The position numbers were made by a program, and so were the translations under genes. From positions 1,426,001-1,490,000 of the forward strand of contig OX597827.1 of the NCBI GenBank assembly GCA_951406725.2: a DNA stretch of 64,000 nucleotides, given 5' to 3'. Source of the DNA: Octopus vulgaris. Lineage: Eukaryota. Below, one piece after another: positions 1 through 11,800 of the stretch (the stretch's first letter is position 1; each line of letters starts with the position of its first letter). The notes beneath the pieces are model-generated. The model saw only the letters and a list, made by a program, of their open reading frames with translations. It was not told the DNA's origin and did no database searches.

Positions 1-867
1 TTCCAGTTGGTTCTGTACGGCACTACTTCCTCTTTTAATCGCCATATATATTTGGTTAACACTGTAACATCACGTCGAGAGGACGACAGCTGATGAACGG
101 TGCGATGTGCATTGATTACCAATTCGAAATCGGATAACTTCATATTTTAGGGAGAACGGAGTGAAGAAGTGAGAAAGAAATTGTAAAAGAATCTACCTCT
201 CTGTGTTAACAAGTAGAGAGTGTGAAAGTTGTGTAGTTACGCGATGACAATCCATAAGTGAAAGAAGAAAAAGAGGTGCTCTTCCGCTAGGCGTCCAGCG
301 ACCAAAAAGGTAAAAACAATATTGGGTTCTGTATTTATATTTTTACTCACTAAATTAGGTCAGGCTAGACAAAGGATTTTCCATCACTTATCTATCCTGA
401 CACAAGTTTGACTCAGTATAGCCACGTAAGCAATAGAACTGATCTAAACATGATCGCTGACACTCATAGATTTTTAATTGTAAAAGCAGAGAACACAGGA
501 AAGAAACTGGTAGTAAAATGTAGATTTGTTTTCAAATCGTGGCTGAGAAACTATGAAGCTGTTCGTTACAAATATATTGTACATTGACAAATCTGAAGTA
601 CCAGGCAGTGTCTGCGCTGATAAAACGGTATCACGAGCGGGGCTTATTTACTTTTCCGATGTCTGTGTATATGAGACCACTTCAAATAAGTTTATTCTTC
701 TCAATCACTCTGCACATCAACCCACAGATACACACACACATACACATATATATAATTATAATAATAATATTATTAGGGAGTATAACTCCAAACTTACAGG
801 GAAAAATTCAATTTAGTATTAGATCAAATTTCACAGTATAAACATATAGAATATAAAATATGAATTC

Positions 868-869
<2 letters not shown>

Positions 870-920
<51 letters not shown>

Positions 921-951
921 ATATAAATATATATATATATATATATGTATG

Positions 952-998
<47 letters not shown>

Positions 999-1032
999 TA
1001 TGTATATATATACATACATACATATATATATG

Positions 1033-1063
<31 letters not shown>

Positions 1064-1170
1064 GTATGCATGCATGCATGCATGCATGCATGTATGTATG
1101 TATGCATGCTGTATGTATGTATGTATGTATGCATGTATGAATGTATGTATGTACGTAGGCATGCATGTAT
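870..1170. repeat. Compound microsatellite (TA)n/(TATG)n/(CATG)n
   Basis: Directly visible; explains the YI/VCMY-repeat ORFs at 831-1195. Confidence 0.97.
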
Positions 1171-1252
1171 AAATGTACATTCTTATGTTTTATAAAAAAT
1201 AAAACAAGTCTAATCTTGCCAAATGTTCTTTTTTTCTCTTTTTATTCTCCAG

Positions 1253-1581
1253 GTCAATTCTCAATTTGCAGATGTTACATTAAAGACGTTCCAACTCTAC
1301 GATGCAATATATATTTTTGGCAACGGTTTGCATTGTCTAATGTACCCTTCGTTTTTTTCCTGAAGATAATGAGGGTGTATTACAGAGATTTGGCTGCTAT
1401 TTCTTGCATGAATGGCGATATCGAGGTCTCCTCTTCTTCCTACACCAGTTGTTGCCGCTGCTGCTGCTGGTGATGATGATGCTTAAGTGGCCTCGGGTTT
1501 TACAATTTATTGATGCCGTCTTCAAACAGGATTTATATTTAAGGACCGTCATATGACTTCACCTAAAGTAGCAAAGTAAAG
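1253..1581 (+). other. Putative internal exon, probably non-coding/UTR
   Basis: Branch-like CTAAT at ~1210, long polypyrimidine tract and ccag|G acceptor at 1252; consensus donor AAG|gtgagt at 1581; all three frames closed just before the donor. Confidence 0.45.
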
Positions 1582-2189
1582 GTGAGTATATCTATATTTT
1601 AAAACGCATTTACTTGGGACTTTCGCTTTGTTTCCTGTTGACAAAGCAAACTGGAAATCACAAATGGCAATTGGATGTTAAAAAAAGTATTGATAAAAAT
1701 AAAAAAAAAACAGAAAAAGATATTGCCGAGATGTATTTAGTTCTGAAAGAAATTGAAGGTTGCTATTTATTCTTCTTTCGTTCTTTTCTTTTTTCTTTCT
1801 TTTTTTTAAACCGAGGGAATAACATCACCAATAAAATGAACGAGCAAATTATCAAGAGGATATTATCAAAGAGAATTTAGTGTATTATATACATTGGCAG
1901 ATTGGATATATTTGAGGAAAGAGAAAGGAAGTCAGCCACAAATATATTGAGTATCAAAGATGAACAAACAAGCAATAAAACGATGTTTTATTGTCGCAGT
2001 TAAAACAGTGCAGCAAAAAACAGAAGAGAGGAAAATAAATAAGAAATAAAGCAGAAAAGGATATTTGGTGCGCTTCGCTTCGTATATCAGCAAATGGCTA
2101 GATTCCGTGAGGAGAACAAAGTTCTTCTCTGGCAACATTAAATGTTTTCCTGATATAAAATTCAAAGTTCGGAATTAGTCAGTTTTTCC

Positions 2190-2845
2190 TGGAGGAATCG
2201 TTTGCGCGTCGGACAGAAATGCTTAGAGTCATTTCATCTGGATCTTTACGTTCTGAGCTCAAATACCACTGAGATCAACTTCATCTTTTGCGTTCATTTT
2301 TTTTTTTTTACTTTTTGGAGGTCGTTAAAATAAGTACCATTTGAACACTAGATTCGATGTAATCGATTTAACTCTCACCTTCAAATTGCTGGCCTTGTGC
2401 CAAACTTTGAAGCCTTTATCATACTTTTATTATTAATATTGTTGAAGGCGGCCAGCAGGCAGAATCGTTAGCACGCCGGGCGAAATGCTTTGCGGTATTT
2501 CGTCCGCTGCTACGTTCTGAGTTCAAATTCCGCCGAGGTCGACTTTGCCTTTCATCCTTTCGGGGTCGATTAAATAAGTACCAGTTACGCTTGGGGTCGA
2601 TATAATCGATGTAATCCTTGTGTCTGTCCTTGTTTGTCCTCTCTTTGTTTTGCCCCTTGTGGGTAGTAAAGAAATAGGTATTTCGTTCGTCTTTACGTTC
2701 TTAGCTCATATTCCGCTGCTGTCGATTTTGCCTTTCATTCTTTCGGGATCAATAAAATAAAGATCAGTTGAGCACTGAGGTCGATGTAATCTACTAGATC
2801 CTTCCCCCAAAATTTCAGGCCTTGCACCTATAATAGAAAGGATTA
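2190..2845 (+). mobile_element. SINE family B cluster (tRNA-like head plus central GCCTTTCATCCTTTCGGGGTCGAT domain, Meta/MESC-like)
   Basis: Head GGCGGC..GGCAGAATCGTTAGCACGCCGGGCGAAATG at 2447, B-box-like GAGTTCAAATTCC, repeated core; homologous to 8594, 22795 and 62620. Confidence 0.85.
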
Positions 2846-2909
2846 CCAGTATTGTTGTTGGTGGTGGTGGCGGTTTATTTCCAAGTGCTGCTTGTACTTG
2901 CGGCAGTAT

Positions 2910-3175
2910 TCACCCGGGGAAGTTCAACCGGCTTCGATCAACGAATAGGTCATGTTCAGAGTTTCTGTGGGAATACAAATTCACATGTGGTCCTCGTTCA
3001 CATCTATGTAGACTTTGGGATAGTGTGACCCGTATCAGCATATTTTGCCGTTGATTGTCGACTGTCGCAGAGGATTCGCTAACCAAATCATCGCCTGGGT
3101 TTAGTTTCAGGTCGGCCGTGACAGAATACATCTATGGCTAAATGTGTTACGGTTAGAGCAAACCACCATGTCTGC
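2910..3175 (+). pseudogene. Very degenerate RTE-like reverse transcriptase fragment
   Basis: Frameshifted remnants resembling Q.GF..RST, WEY and YVDF...DSV.R motifs. Confidence 0.35.
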
Positions 3176-3183
3176 TCACACTA

Positions 3184-3426
3184 CAGTTGTAACCAAAAAG
3201 TTCGGAACACAGGTCTGAAAATTAGAATCTTTATATTAGATGCCCAAACTTATATTTAATTTGCAATATATTATTACTTGGCTAAAAGTTTGGAACACAG
3301 GTCTGAAAATTAGAATCTTTATATTAAGTTCCCAAATATATTTATTGCATATATTTGAATCGAATTGTAGTTGGGCGTTACAATTTTAAATTTTAAAAAA
3401 ATGTTTCAAACTTTTGGCCACAACTG
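3184..3426. mobile_element. Tc1-like MITE with internal duplication of its left end
   Basis: TA|CAGTTGTAACCAAAAAGTTCGGAACA ... TGTTTCAAACTTTTGGCCACAACTG|TA; ~75 bp (3194-3270) repeated at 3283-3352. Confidence 0.8.
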
Positions 3427-3448
3427 TATATAAAAAGAATAAGCATAT

Positions 3449-3885
3449 AGGCGTAGGAGTGGCTGTGTGGTAAGAAGCTTTCTTACGAATCACATGGTTC
3501 CGGGTTCAGTCCCACTGCGTAGCACCTTGGACAAGTGTCTTATATTCAGTATTTCGGGGTTATGACCCCATTTTCAAGAAATTGACGATTGCCGAATTGC
3601 GTGTGTGGAATGAGTGGATAATGAAATTCATCCTGAATTCTTGTTGTTGTTGTTGGTGGTGGTGATCATGGTAGATGTGGTGGTCATGGTGGAGGTGGTG
3701 GTGCTAGTGGTTTAGCTTCCGGTCAGCCGTAATAGAGAATACCTATAGAGTAAGTACTAGGCTTACAAAGAATAAGACATAAGTCCTGGGATCGATTTCT
3801 TCGACTAAAAACCCTTAAAGGTTGTGCTTCAGCATGGCCGCAGTCAAATGATTGAAACAAGTAAACGAATAAAAGAATAAAAAGG
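3449..3885 (+). mobile_element. SINE family A, split head (3449-3545) and tail (3740-3885)
   Basis: Head GGCGTAGGAGTGGCTGTGTGGTAAG..GGGTTCAGTCCC; tail AAGTACTAGGCTTACAAAGAATAAG..CAGCATGGCCGCAGTCAAATGA. Confidence 0.8.
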
Positions 3886-4271
3886 ATTCCAACATAACCA
3901 GAATCGACATTACCTGAAGCGTATTTGTAAAAAAATTTCATTAGAAGGATCTACCTTCGCTGTCCACGAACTGCAGACAACTGATAAACAAGAGAGACAA
4001 AGATGCCTCTGAGTTGTAATAAAAAGTACCGGTTGTGGAAGATATCAATCACATCATCAGCAGCCGCCGCCCCGAACTGTGTACAGGATACGAACAACCT
4101 TTGAGATATGATATCCTTGCTAAACTATTTTCAATGCTTTGTTAAAGCCTTACCATTATCGAAGACATAAGGGGTAGATTAGTGTGTGGCCTGCTGTTTT
4201 ATGCTCGGAATAAATAATATTTTGCAATAATAATTCTCTAAACGAGGTATATACAGTAACTGCTCCATAAC

Positions 4272-4525
4272 ATAAGGGACGTTAGCCATCCGAATATGGC
4301 TAGGGACAGGGCAGGGCGGTGGGGGTGTTACTGATGCATTTAGCCCCAGGCGATCATCAACGTCACCAGAAGGGCTGACGCCATCACGGCGTCCTCTCGC
4401 CTGCAAAGGGAGATCATTCCCCGAAGAAGCGGATGCCACATACGGACCCAGGTTTCAAGGTGTTTGCCTCTCGTCAACGTATGGTAGGCACCGCCCCTCG
4501 ACGAACGACTCTCTGTGCAGGCTAT
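4272..4525 (-). mobile_element. GC-rich self-complementary retrozyme-like element carrying a hammerhead
   Basis: ~250-nt GC-rich island in AT-rich DNA; hairpins 4283-4302 and 4377-4393, long-range pairs 4347-4353/4397-4403 and 4314-4321/4489-4496; contains a type I hammerhead. Confidence 0.6.
4429..4494 (-). ncRNA. Type I hammerhead ribozyme (C3U variant)
   Basis: Minus strand: GCGGTGCC-TAC-CATACG-TTGACGA-GAGG-CAAACA-CCTT-GAAA-CCTGGG-TC^CGTATG-T-GGCATCCGC. Perfect 6-bp helix I plus distal helix, helix II with a CAAACA loop, near-palindromic helix III, GUC cleavage triplet. Confidence 0.88.
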
Positions 4526-5199
4526 CTATATAAAGATTTTCACAATTTTGTTTCATTGAAATATAAGTATAGATTCAAGAAATATTAAGCAAAAGAGGGC
4601 GAAACAATACTGAAATAAGAGAGACGAATGAATATAGGTTTTTAGCTGTTTTTATTTGTATTTACAAAATTATATACAGCAGATGGCGGACAGGAAATTT
4701 TGACAATTAAACAATGTCTGTGTATACTAAATTTTTTGTGAGTTTAACATTTTCGTAATTGAGATGCCTTTGAGATCTTCGTGGACACGTTCTTCATTAT
4801 GACAAACTGTCCAATAATGAAATTAACCTTAAAGGGGCTGTAAGGAAACAATCATTCAACTACTTTGTGATATGACCGAATAGAGGAAACTGAAGGTGAC
4901 CGAGTCTATGAGAGTCGTTTAGCTTAGTTGAATATTGTGTGAAAGGTCGAAGCAAAAAACTGTAATAGATAGATGCGTGTCATTTCTTAATGTCTTAACA
5001 ACCGTGCCTTTCATGACTCACAGAAATACACACACATAAATGTGTGCGTGTCTATAAATTTACACAAAAACCTAGAACTACTCATGAGTTGGGCGGTGTA
5101 TTGGATTAAAACTCAAGGTAAAAGCAGTATTAGAACGCTATCACTGCATTGCTGTTTATCTTCGTGAAATTACACGTTCTTCGGAAGAGACCGAAGTAA

Positions 5200-5781
5200 A
5201 CAGTGCCAAGGAGTCGTCCAGTTTATGTGGTAGCTGACCCCTCGTTATCGAGTATGGCCATTGCACGAAGCTTAATCAATGTTGTTAACGTGAAATGCCT
5301 GAGCAAGAAGATATTTTTTAAAGTGAGGAAAGGCTGTGCGCTGAGTCGATCCCACTCACTCAGCAACAGCAGCCATAATCCGAAAAGAAGAACAAGTCAA
5401 CATCATCGGTAACCACTGAGCCGCAGGTTTTATGTCGAAGTTATCCCAGTTCCTCGAGTTACCTTCTCCTAGAAGGATGCCCTAACAAAGGCTAGGAGTC
5501 CTTCACTTCCAATGGTTTAACCGCGCGATCGGGTATTCAGTCCGATTATTTCTATGTCTCCGCGCACGATACAGCCTTAAGACATTTATTGGATGGCCGT
5601 TGACTCTCAAGAGTTCCTCTGCCCTTTGACGGGTTTTGTTTTTCATCTTGCAGGGTGTCCAATAAACACTCTCCTCACCAAGCAAGCTTGGTGGGGTTGC
5701 CGGCTTAGTCGCCGACGACCCGACCATGCAACAGGTTGTACTGGGTTACATGTTACCAGTAGCACTCGAAAGTGACCTGAC
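5200..5781 (-). mobile_element. RTE-type LINE 5' UTR fragment
   Basis: Minus strand carries an RTE-5'UTR-like GGACTCCTAGCCTTTGTTAGGGCATCC..AGGAGAAGG motif; the first ~190 nt are homologous to 19240-19432; starts next to a (TATG)n tract. Confidence 0.6.
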
Positions 5782-6355
5782 ATACATACATACATACATA
5801 CATACATACATACATACATACGTATATACATACATACGTATATACATACATGCAAAAATACCCTGTTGATGTTGTTGAAATTCCAATGAAGGAACCTTGG
5901 ATCTAGGTTAGAAACCGGCTCTTTCTCTGTTGCTAAGAAATCTTGAAATAAAACTGAATAAAGACATACATACGTATGTATGTATATGTGTGTTTATGTG
6001 TCTCAGTATATAACAGGAGAGATTTCCAGCAGGATTTCTGTTTGCCAAATTCCCTAATAAGGCGAAGGCATTGGTCGGACCGGGGCTCTAGTTGAAGACA
6101 CTCAATGTACTGCTTCCTGGGAACCACATGCCTGTAAAGTGAGCTCCTTAATCACTCAGCTACACCTGCACCGGTGTATACTTATATAAAACGATATAGG
6201 CACATATAGAAATAGACAGTCAGGTAAATGTATGGATATATATATATAGACATGATCGCATTGATATACGGACAGATAAAGAGACAGATAGAAAGAGCAG
6301 CAGATAAAGAGGGAGAAAGACTTCCGGCTCGAAGACAGTTGCAGGCAGATACACT

Positions 6356-6740
6356 CTGAGCTGAATTAACCATTAAACAAAATAAACACGTGCTGAAGGC
6401 ATCAAGGAAAGTGGGGTGTGGGGAGCACCGCAGAAATGGTAAGTGGTTTACGGTACAAAAGGGGTCAATTTAAAGTTGCAAAAATAATATGCGGACTGCC
6501 TTATCTCAACTAAGTATAGGGGTCTGATCAAAGACTTTGGAATTAAAAAAGTAGGAGAAACCTTTTTAAATATGAATAAAGGGAAAGTGTATAAAAATAA
6601 ACATCTTTCTGTTACTTTTGTTTCATTTTGAAACTAAAAATTTATTTTACGATTTATTATTGTTTATATTTCGAATTACATTGAGGAACACCGACATCTT
6701 TTAAGTGTTTAAGGCCTTTATGGGTCTTAATCTGGCCCGA
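6356..6740. mobile_element. hAT-like MITE, copy 1
   Basis: Degenerate CAGGGCCGGATTAA-type TIRs; 8-bp TSD gatacact/gatacatt; homologous to 16494-17247. Confidence 0.75.
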
Positions 6741-6799
6741 GATACATTTATAGAGAAGTAGATGGACCTATATATCTGTAGATGAGTGTATGGGCTCTA

Positions 6800-7305
<506 letters not shown>

Positions 7306-7824
7306 TACCATTTGCACTCTTTGAAAATCCAGCTTCTAAATACTTACTTTGAAATTTCCTTCTATCTCTTCCCTTCTAACAAACAATATTCTTTTGACAA
7401 ACGTGCTTTTCCCCTGCATCCATCCAAATGTCTCCTTAAACAGTTCATATTAAGATGTTTACTTATTTTGTTTCGCTAACGATTTTACAGTTCTAAAGAT
7501 TTTACACAATATTATTCAAAAATATTGTTTTAGCTATTTCTCCTAAACTGCTTGGCTAAAACTACTCCCCTTCATTTTACATTCAACTTACTTTATCTAA
7601 TGGCACGGAGGACGCACATTGTTTTCCCAAAATAAAGGAAGCAGTCTCGAAAATTCACCCCGGGTCCTGTGAGTAAAGTTGCTTTAAATAATACATTCTT
7701 TTAATGCACTAAAAAGACTTTTTCCTTCGATATACGCTACTAAAATTGAGTGCGTCTAATATGTTTGTACATCTTTTATGCTATCAAATACAGTACACAT
7801 TTATCTAAACATAAGTTAAAAGGA

Positions 7825-8100
7825 TGCTGGTGAGAGATGGAAGGACTAACACACGTGGACATGCCTACAAAGTCAGAAAACAACACAGCTCCCATGACTT
7901 TCGCAAACATTTTTTCACGCTCAGAGTTGCTGAAGCATGGAATAAACTGCCTGCGTCAGTTGTTGACTGCCATGACACTGCATCCTTTAAGGCCCTCATG
8001 CTTTCCGAAATCCGCCGAAACTACACCTGATTATATATACACTTTAGATGAGTTGTAGTGCACCTGAGCACTGTACACAATTATTATTATTATTATTATA
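7825..8100 (+). mobile_element. CR1-clade LINE 3' end
   Basis: TRGHAYKVRKQHSSHDFRKHFFTLRVAEAWNKLP matches the CR1 ORF2 C-terminal TRGH...FF..RV...WN.LP motif; (TTA)n tail. Confidence 0.85.
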
Positions 8101-8112
8101 AGAAGTGAAATA

Positions 8113-8330
8113 TACGACGGGGTGATGAAAAGTTCCTGGTTTCTGGGTAAAAGAAAATTCAGGAGGATCAGTTAATTTTGATTTTATATGATATATTCCC
8201 CTCTCAGATTCACACCCTTATAAGTCCTTCAATGTTTCTAAGCCCTGTAAAAGAACTGGGAAGGTTGGGTCTTCAGTCAGGTCTTTCGTGAAACCCTTAA
8301 AACCAGGAATCTTACAGCGCCTTCTCGTAT
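8113..8330. mobile_element. Mariner-derived MITE, copy 1
   Basis: TACGACGGGGTGATGAAAAGTTCCTGG ... CCAGGAATCTTACAGCGCCTTCTCGTA TIRs in TA context; homologous to 43753-43965. Confidence 0.75.
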
Positions 8331-8593
8331 ATATCTTCTCATAAATTCCTTTTGCCTTTCACCAACATTCTTTCAACCTTTATTCTTTATTTTTCCTATC
8401 AACAAGGATTTTTCACGAACTAATGAATGTTTTATATTATTTCATCATTTTCCGCTAAAATAAAGGTAGTTTCACCGACTCTCATTCTCTCTTTGTCTCT
8501 TCTTCTTTCTCTTCTCTCGATTCTCTTCTCTTCTCTACCAAACAATCTTCTGGCCTCGTTCTTCCTTCCATTAACATCAATTTATGCATTAAA

Positions 8594-9205
8594 GGCGGCG
8601 AGGAGCTGGCAGAAACGTTAGCACGCCGGGCGAAATGCGAAGCCGTACTTCGTCTGCCGTTACGTTGTGAGTTCAAATTCCGCCGAGGTCGACTTTGCCA
8701 TTCATCCTTTCGGGGTCAATTAAATAAGTACCAGTCACGCACTGGGGTCGATATAATCGACTTAATCCGTTTATCTGTCCTTGTCCGTCCTCTCTGTGTT
8801 TAGCCCCTTGTGGGTAGTAAAGAAATAGGTATTTCGTCTGCTGCTATGTTCTGAGTTCAAATTCCGCCAAGGTCGACTTTGCCTTCCATCCTTTCAGGGT
8901 CGATAAATTAAGTACCAGTTACGCACTGGGGTCGATATTATCGACTTAATCCGTTTGTCTATCCTTGTTCGTCTCCTCTGTGTTTAGCCCCTTGTGGGCA
9001 ATAAATAAATAAGAATCGTTAGCATACCATGCAAAATGTTTCACGGCATCTCGTCCGTCTCTACGTTCTGAGTTCAAATTCCGCCGAGGTCGACTTTGCC
9101 TTCAGGATCGATAAAGTAAGAACCAGTTGAGCACTGGGTTTCGAGGTGATCGACTTCGACCTCACCCAAAATTGCTGGCCTTGTGCCAAAATTTGAAACC
9201 AATAT
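8594..9205 (+). mobile_element. SINE family B, multimeric copy
   Basis: Head at 8594 followed by three tandem units containing GAGTTCAAATTCCGCC..GTCGACTTTGCC. Confidence 0.88.
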
Positions 9206-9234
9206 TATTTTGTGTATAAAGGCCACGTCCTTTA

Positions 9235-9442
9235 ACTTTTATCTTTTTACTTGCTTCAGGTATTAGACTGTGGCCATGCTGGAGCACCGCCTTGAAAACT
9301 TTTAATTTAACGAATCGACCCCAATACTCATTATTAGTATAATATATTGTAGTGAATGATACTTATTCTATTGGTCTCTTTTGCCAGACCGCAAAGTTAC
9401 GGGACATAAACACACCAACACTGGTTGTCAAGCAGAGAGGGA

Positions 9443-9445
<3 letters not shown>
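9235..9445 (-). mobile_element. SINE family A 3' half
   Basis: Reverse complement of the family A tail (GACTGTGGCCATGCTGGAGCACCGCC). Confidence 0.8.
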
Positions 9446-9488
<43 letters not shown>

Positions 9489-9593
9489 TCAACGTGCTTT
9501 TATAGATGTGTGAATGTATGTTTGCATGTATGCATATATGTGCGTGTGTGTGTATGTATGTTATTTGAATGTGTATATACATGTGTTGGTGTG

Positions 9594-9633
<40 letters not shown>

Positions 9634-9721
9634 CGCGCGCGCGCGTGTGTGTGTGTAAACGTATATGTATATATAGGTATCTCTCTCTCTCTCTCGCTCT
9701 CTCTCTCTATATATATATATA

Positions 9722-9884
9722 GGCGTGGGGAGGAGTGACTCTGTGGTAAGTAGCTTGCTTACGAACCACATGGTTCCAGGTTCAGTCCCACTGCATGGCA
9801 CCATGGACAAGTGTCTTCTACTATAGCCTCGGGGCGACCAAAGCCTTGTGAGTGGATTCGGTAGACGGAAACTGAAAGAAGCCC

Positions 9885-9926
<42 letters not shown>

Positions 9927-10335
9927 TTGGCGCTGGAGTGGCTATGTGGTAAGTAGCTTGCTTACCAACCACATGGTTCCGGGTTCGGTCCCACTGCGTG
10001 GCATCTTGGGCAAGTATCTTCTGCTATAGCGTCGGGCCGACCAATGCCTTGTGAGTGGATTTGGTAGACGGAAACTGAAAGAAGCCTGTCGGATATATGT
10101 ATATATATATGTATGTGTGTGTATGTTTGTGTGTCTGTGTTTGTCCCCCCAACATCGCTTGACAACCGATGCTGGTGTGTTTATGTCCCCGTCACTTAGC
10201 GGTTCGGCAAAAAGAGACCGATAGAATAAGTACTGGGCTTACAAAGAATAAGTCCCAAGGTCGAATTGCTCGATTAAAGGTGGTGCTCCAGCATGGCCGC
10301 AGTGAAATGACTGAAACAAGTAAAAGAGTAAAGAG
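9722..10335 (+). mobile_element. SINE family A: head-only copy (9722-9886) plus full copy (9929-10335)
   Basis: tRNA-like A/B boxes, CORE-like CCTTGGGCAAGT motif, internal microsatellite, (AAAGAGT)-type tail. Confidence 0.9.
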
Positions 10336-10366
10336 AGATACACACACGCACTTACATATATATGTA

Positions 10367-10406
<40 letters not shown>

Positions 10407-10447
10407 CACATACACACATATGCATATGTGCGTGCGCGTGTGTATAC

Positions 10448-10514
<67 letters not shown>

Positions 10515-10772
10515 CATGTGTACATATGTGAGTGTCTTTATAAAGTGCACGTTAAGGTGTTCGACAGGCAACCAATATATTAGACCGCCATTAGTTTCTT
10601 TCTAATGTAAAGGTTCCTGTTAAGAGAATTCCTGCTGTTTTCTATTTTAGTGAAATTTCTTGTTCAAGTCCACCTTTGTTGCAAAGATCACACAAGAGTA
10701 TATATAAGTGTGTAACAAAAATAAAATCTGGAGTGTATATAATGAAATTAGATATTTATTTATAGTAGGAAC

Positions 10773-10855
<83 letters not shown>

Positions 10856-11148
10856 ACACACACGCACACAGACAACACTCACAAAACACACTTTTAGCAC
10901 ATACACACATGTACGCACACCCATGCACGCATACACACACGTACACAGGACATATATATATATATACACGCACAACAACACATGCGTTATACACTCACAA
11001 ATTCGCTGCAGACAACGCAGACATACAACTCACACACACATACGCACAGACTAACCCCCCTCCCACTCAAAACACACTACATTCACACGCATATAACACA
11101 CACATACACACACATACAAAGCACATACACCATATTCAAACTTACAGA

Positions 11149-11187
<39 letters not shown>

Positions 11188-11628
11188 GAACGCACACGCA
11201 CGCACGAGCACACACACGCACACACACACACGCACACACATACACACGCTCGCACACATGCACACACATATACACGCTCGCACACACGCACACACATACA
11301 CACGCTCGCACACACGCACACACATCACACACGCACACACACACACACACACACACACGCGCACGCTCGCACACACACATATATAACTATTTCTATATCG
11401 TATAGAAAGGAAGAATTTACACATAGCTACAACATACACACAAACACAATATACGCATACACACACACACGCGCGCATACAACTCCTCATAAATTCGCAC
11501 TTGTATATATATATATACATATATATATATACATATATTGTATATATATATATGTTGTATATATATATAGATACCGTCTTTAGAACGGCAGTAAATACAC
11601 AGACACACAGACACACACATTCACACAA

Positions 11629-11668
<40 letters not shown>

Positions 11669-11800
11669 CACAGGCACACAGGCACATACGCATACACACA
11701 CACACAGAGGCACACACACACATACAACAAGCACACACACACGCAGAGATTCACAGGCACACAGAATAGTCAGAGAGTGTGTGTGTGTGTGTGTGTGTGA
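10773..11800. repeat. Long degenerate (CA)n/(TA)n/(CT)n array
   Basis: Directly visible; source of the HT/VC-repeat ORFs. Confidence 0.95.

Noticed and set aside
10651-10765. Acceptor-like ttttag followed by EISCSSPP..., reminiscent of a sushi/CCP domain start
   Set aside because: Wrong exon phase for CCP modules, missing the W and later Cys pattern, and no good donor.
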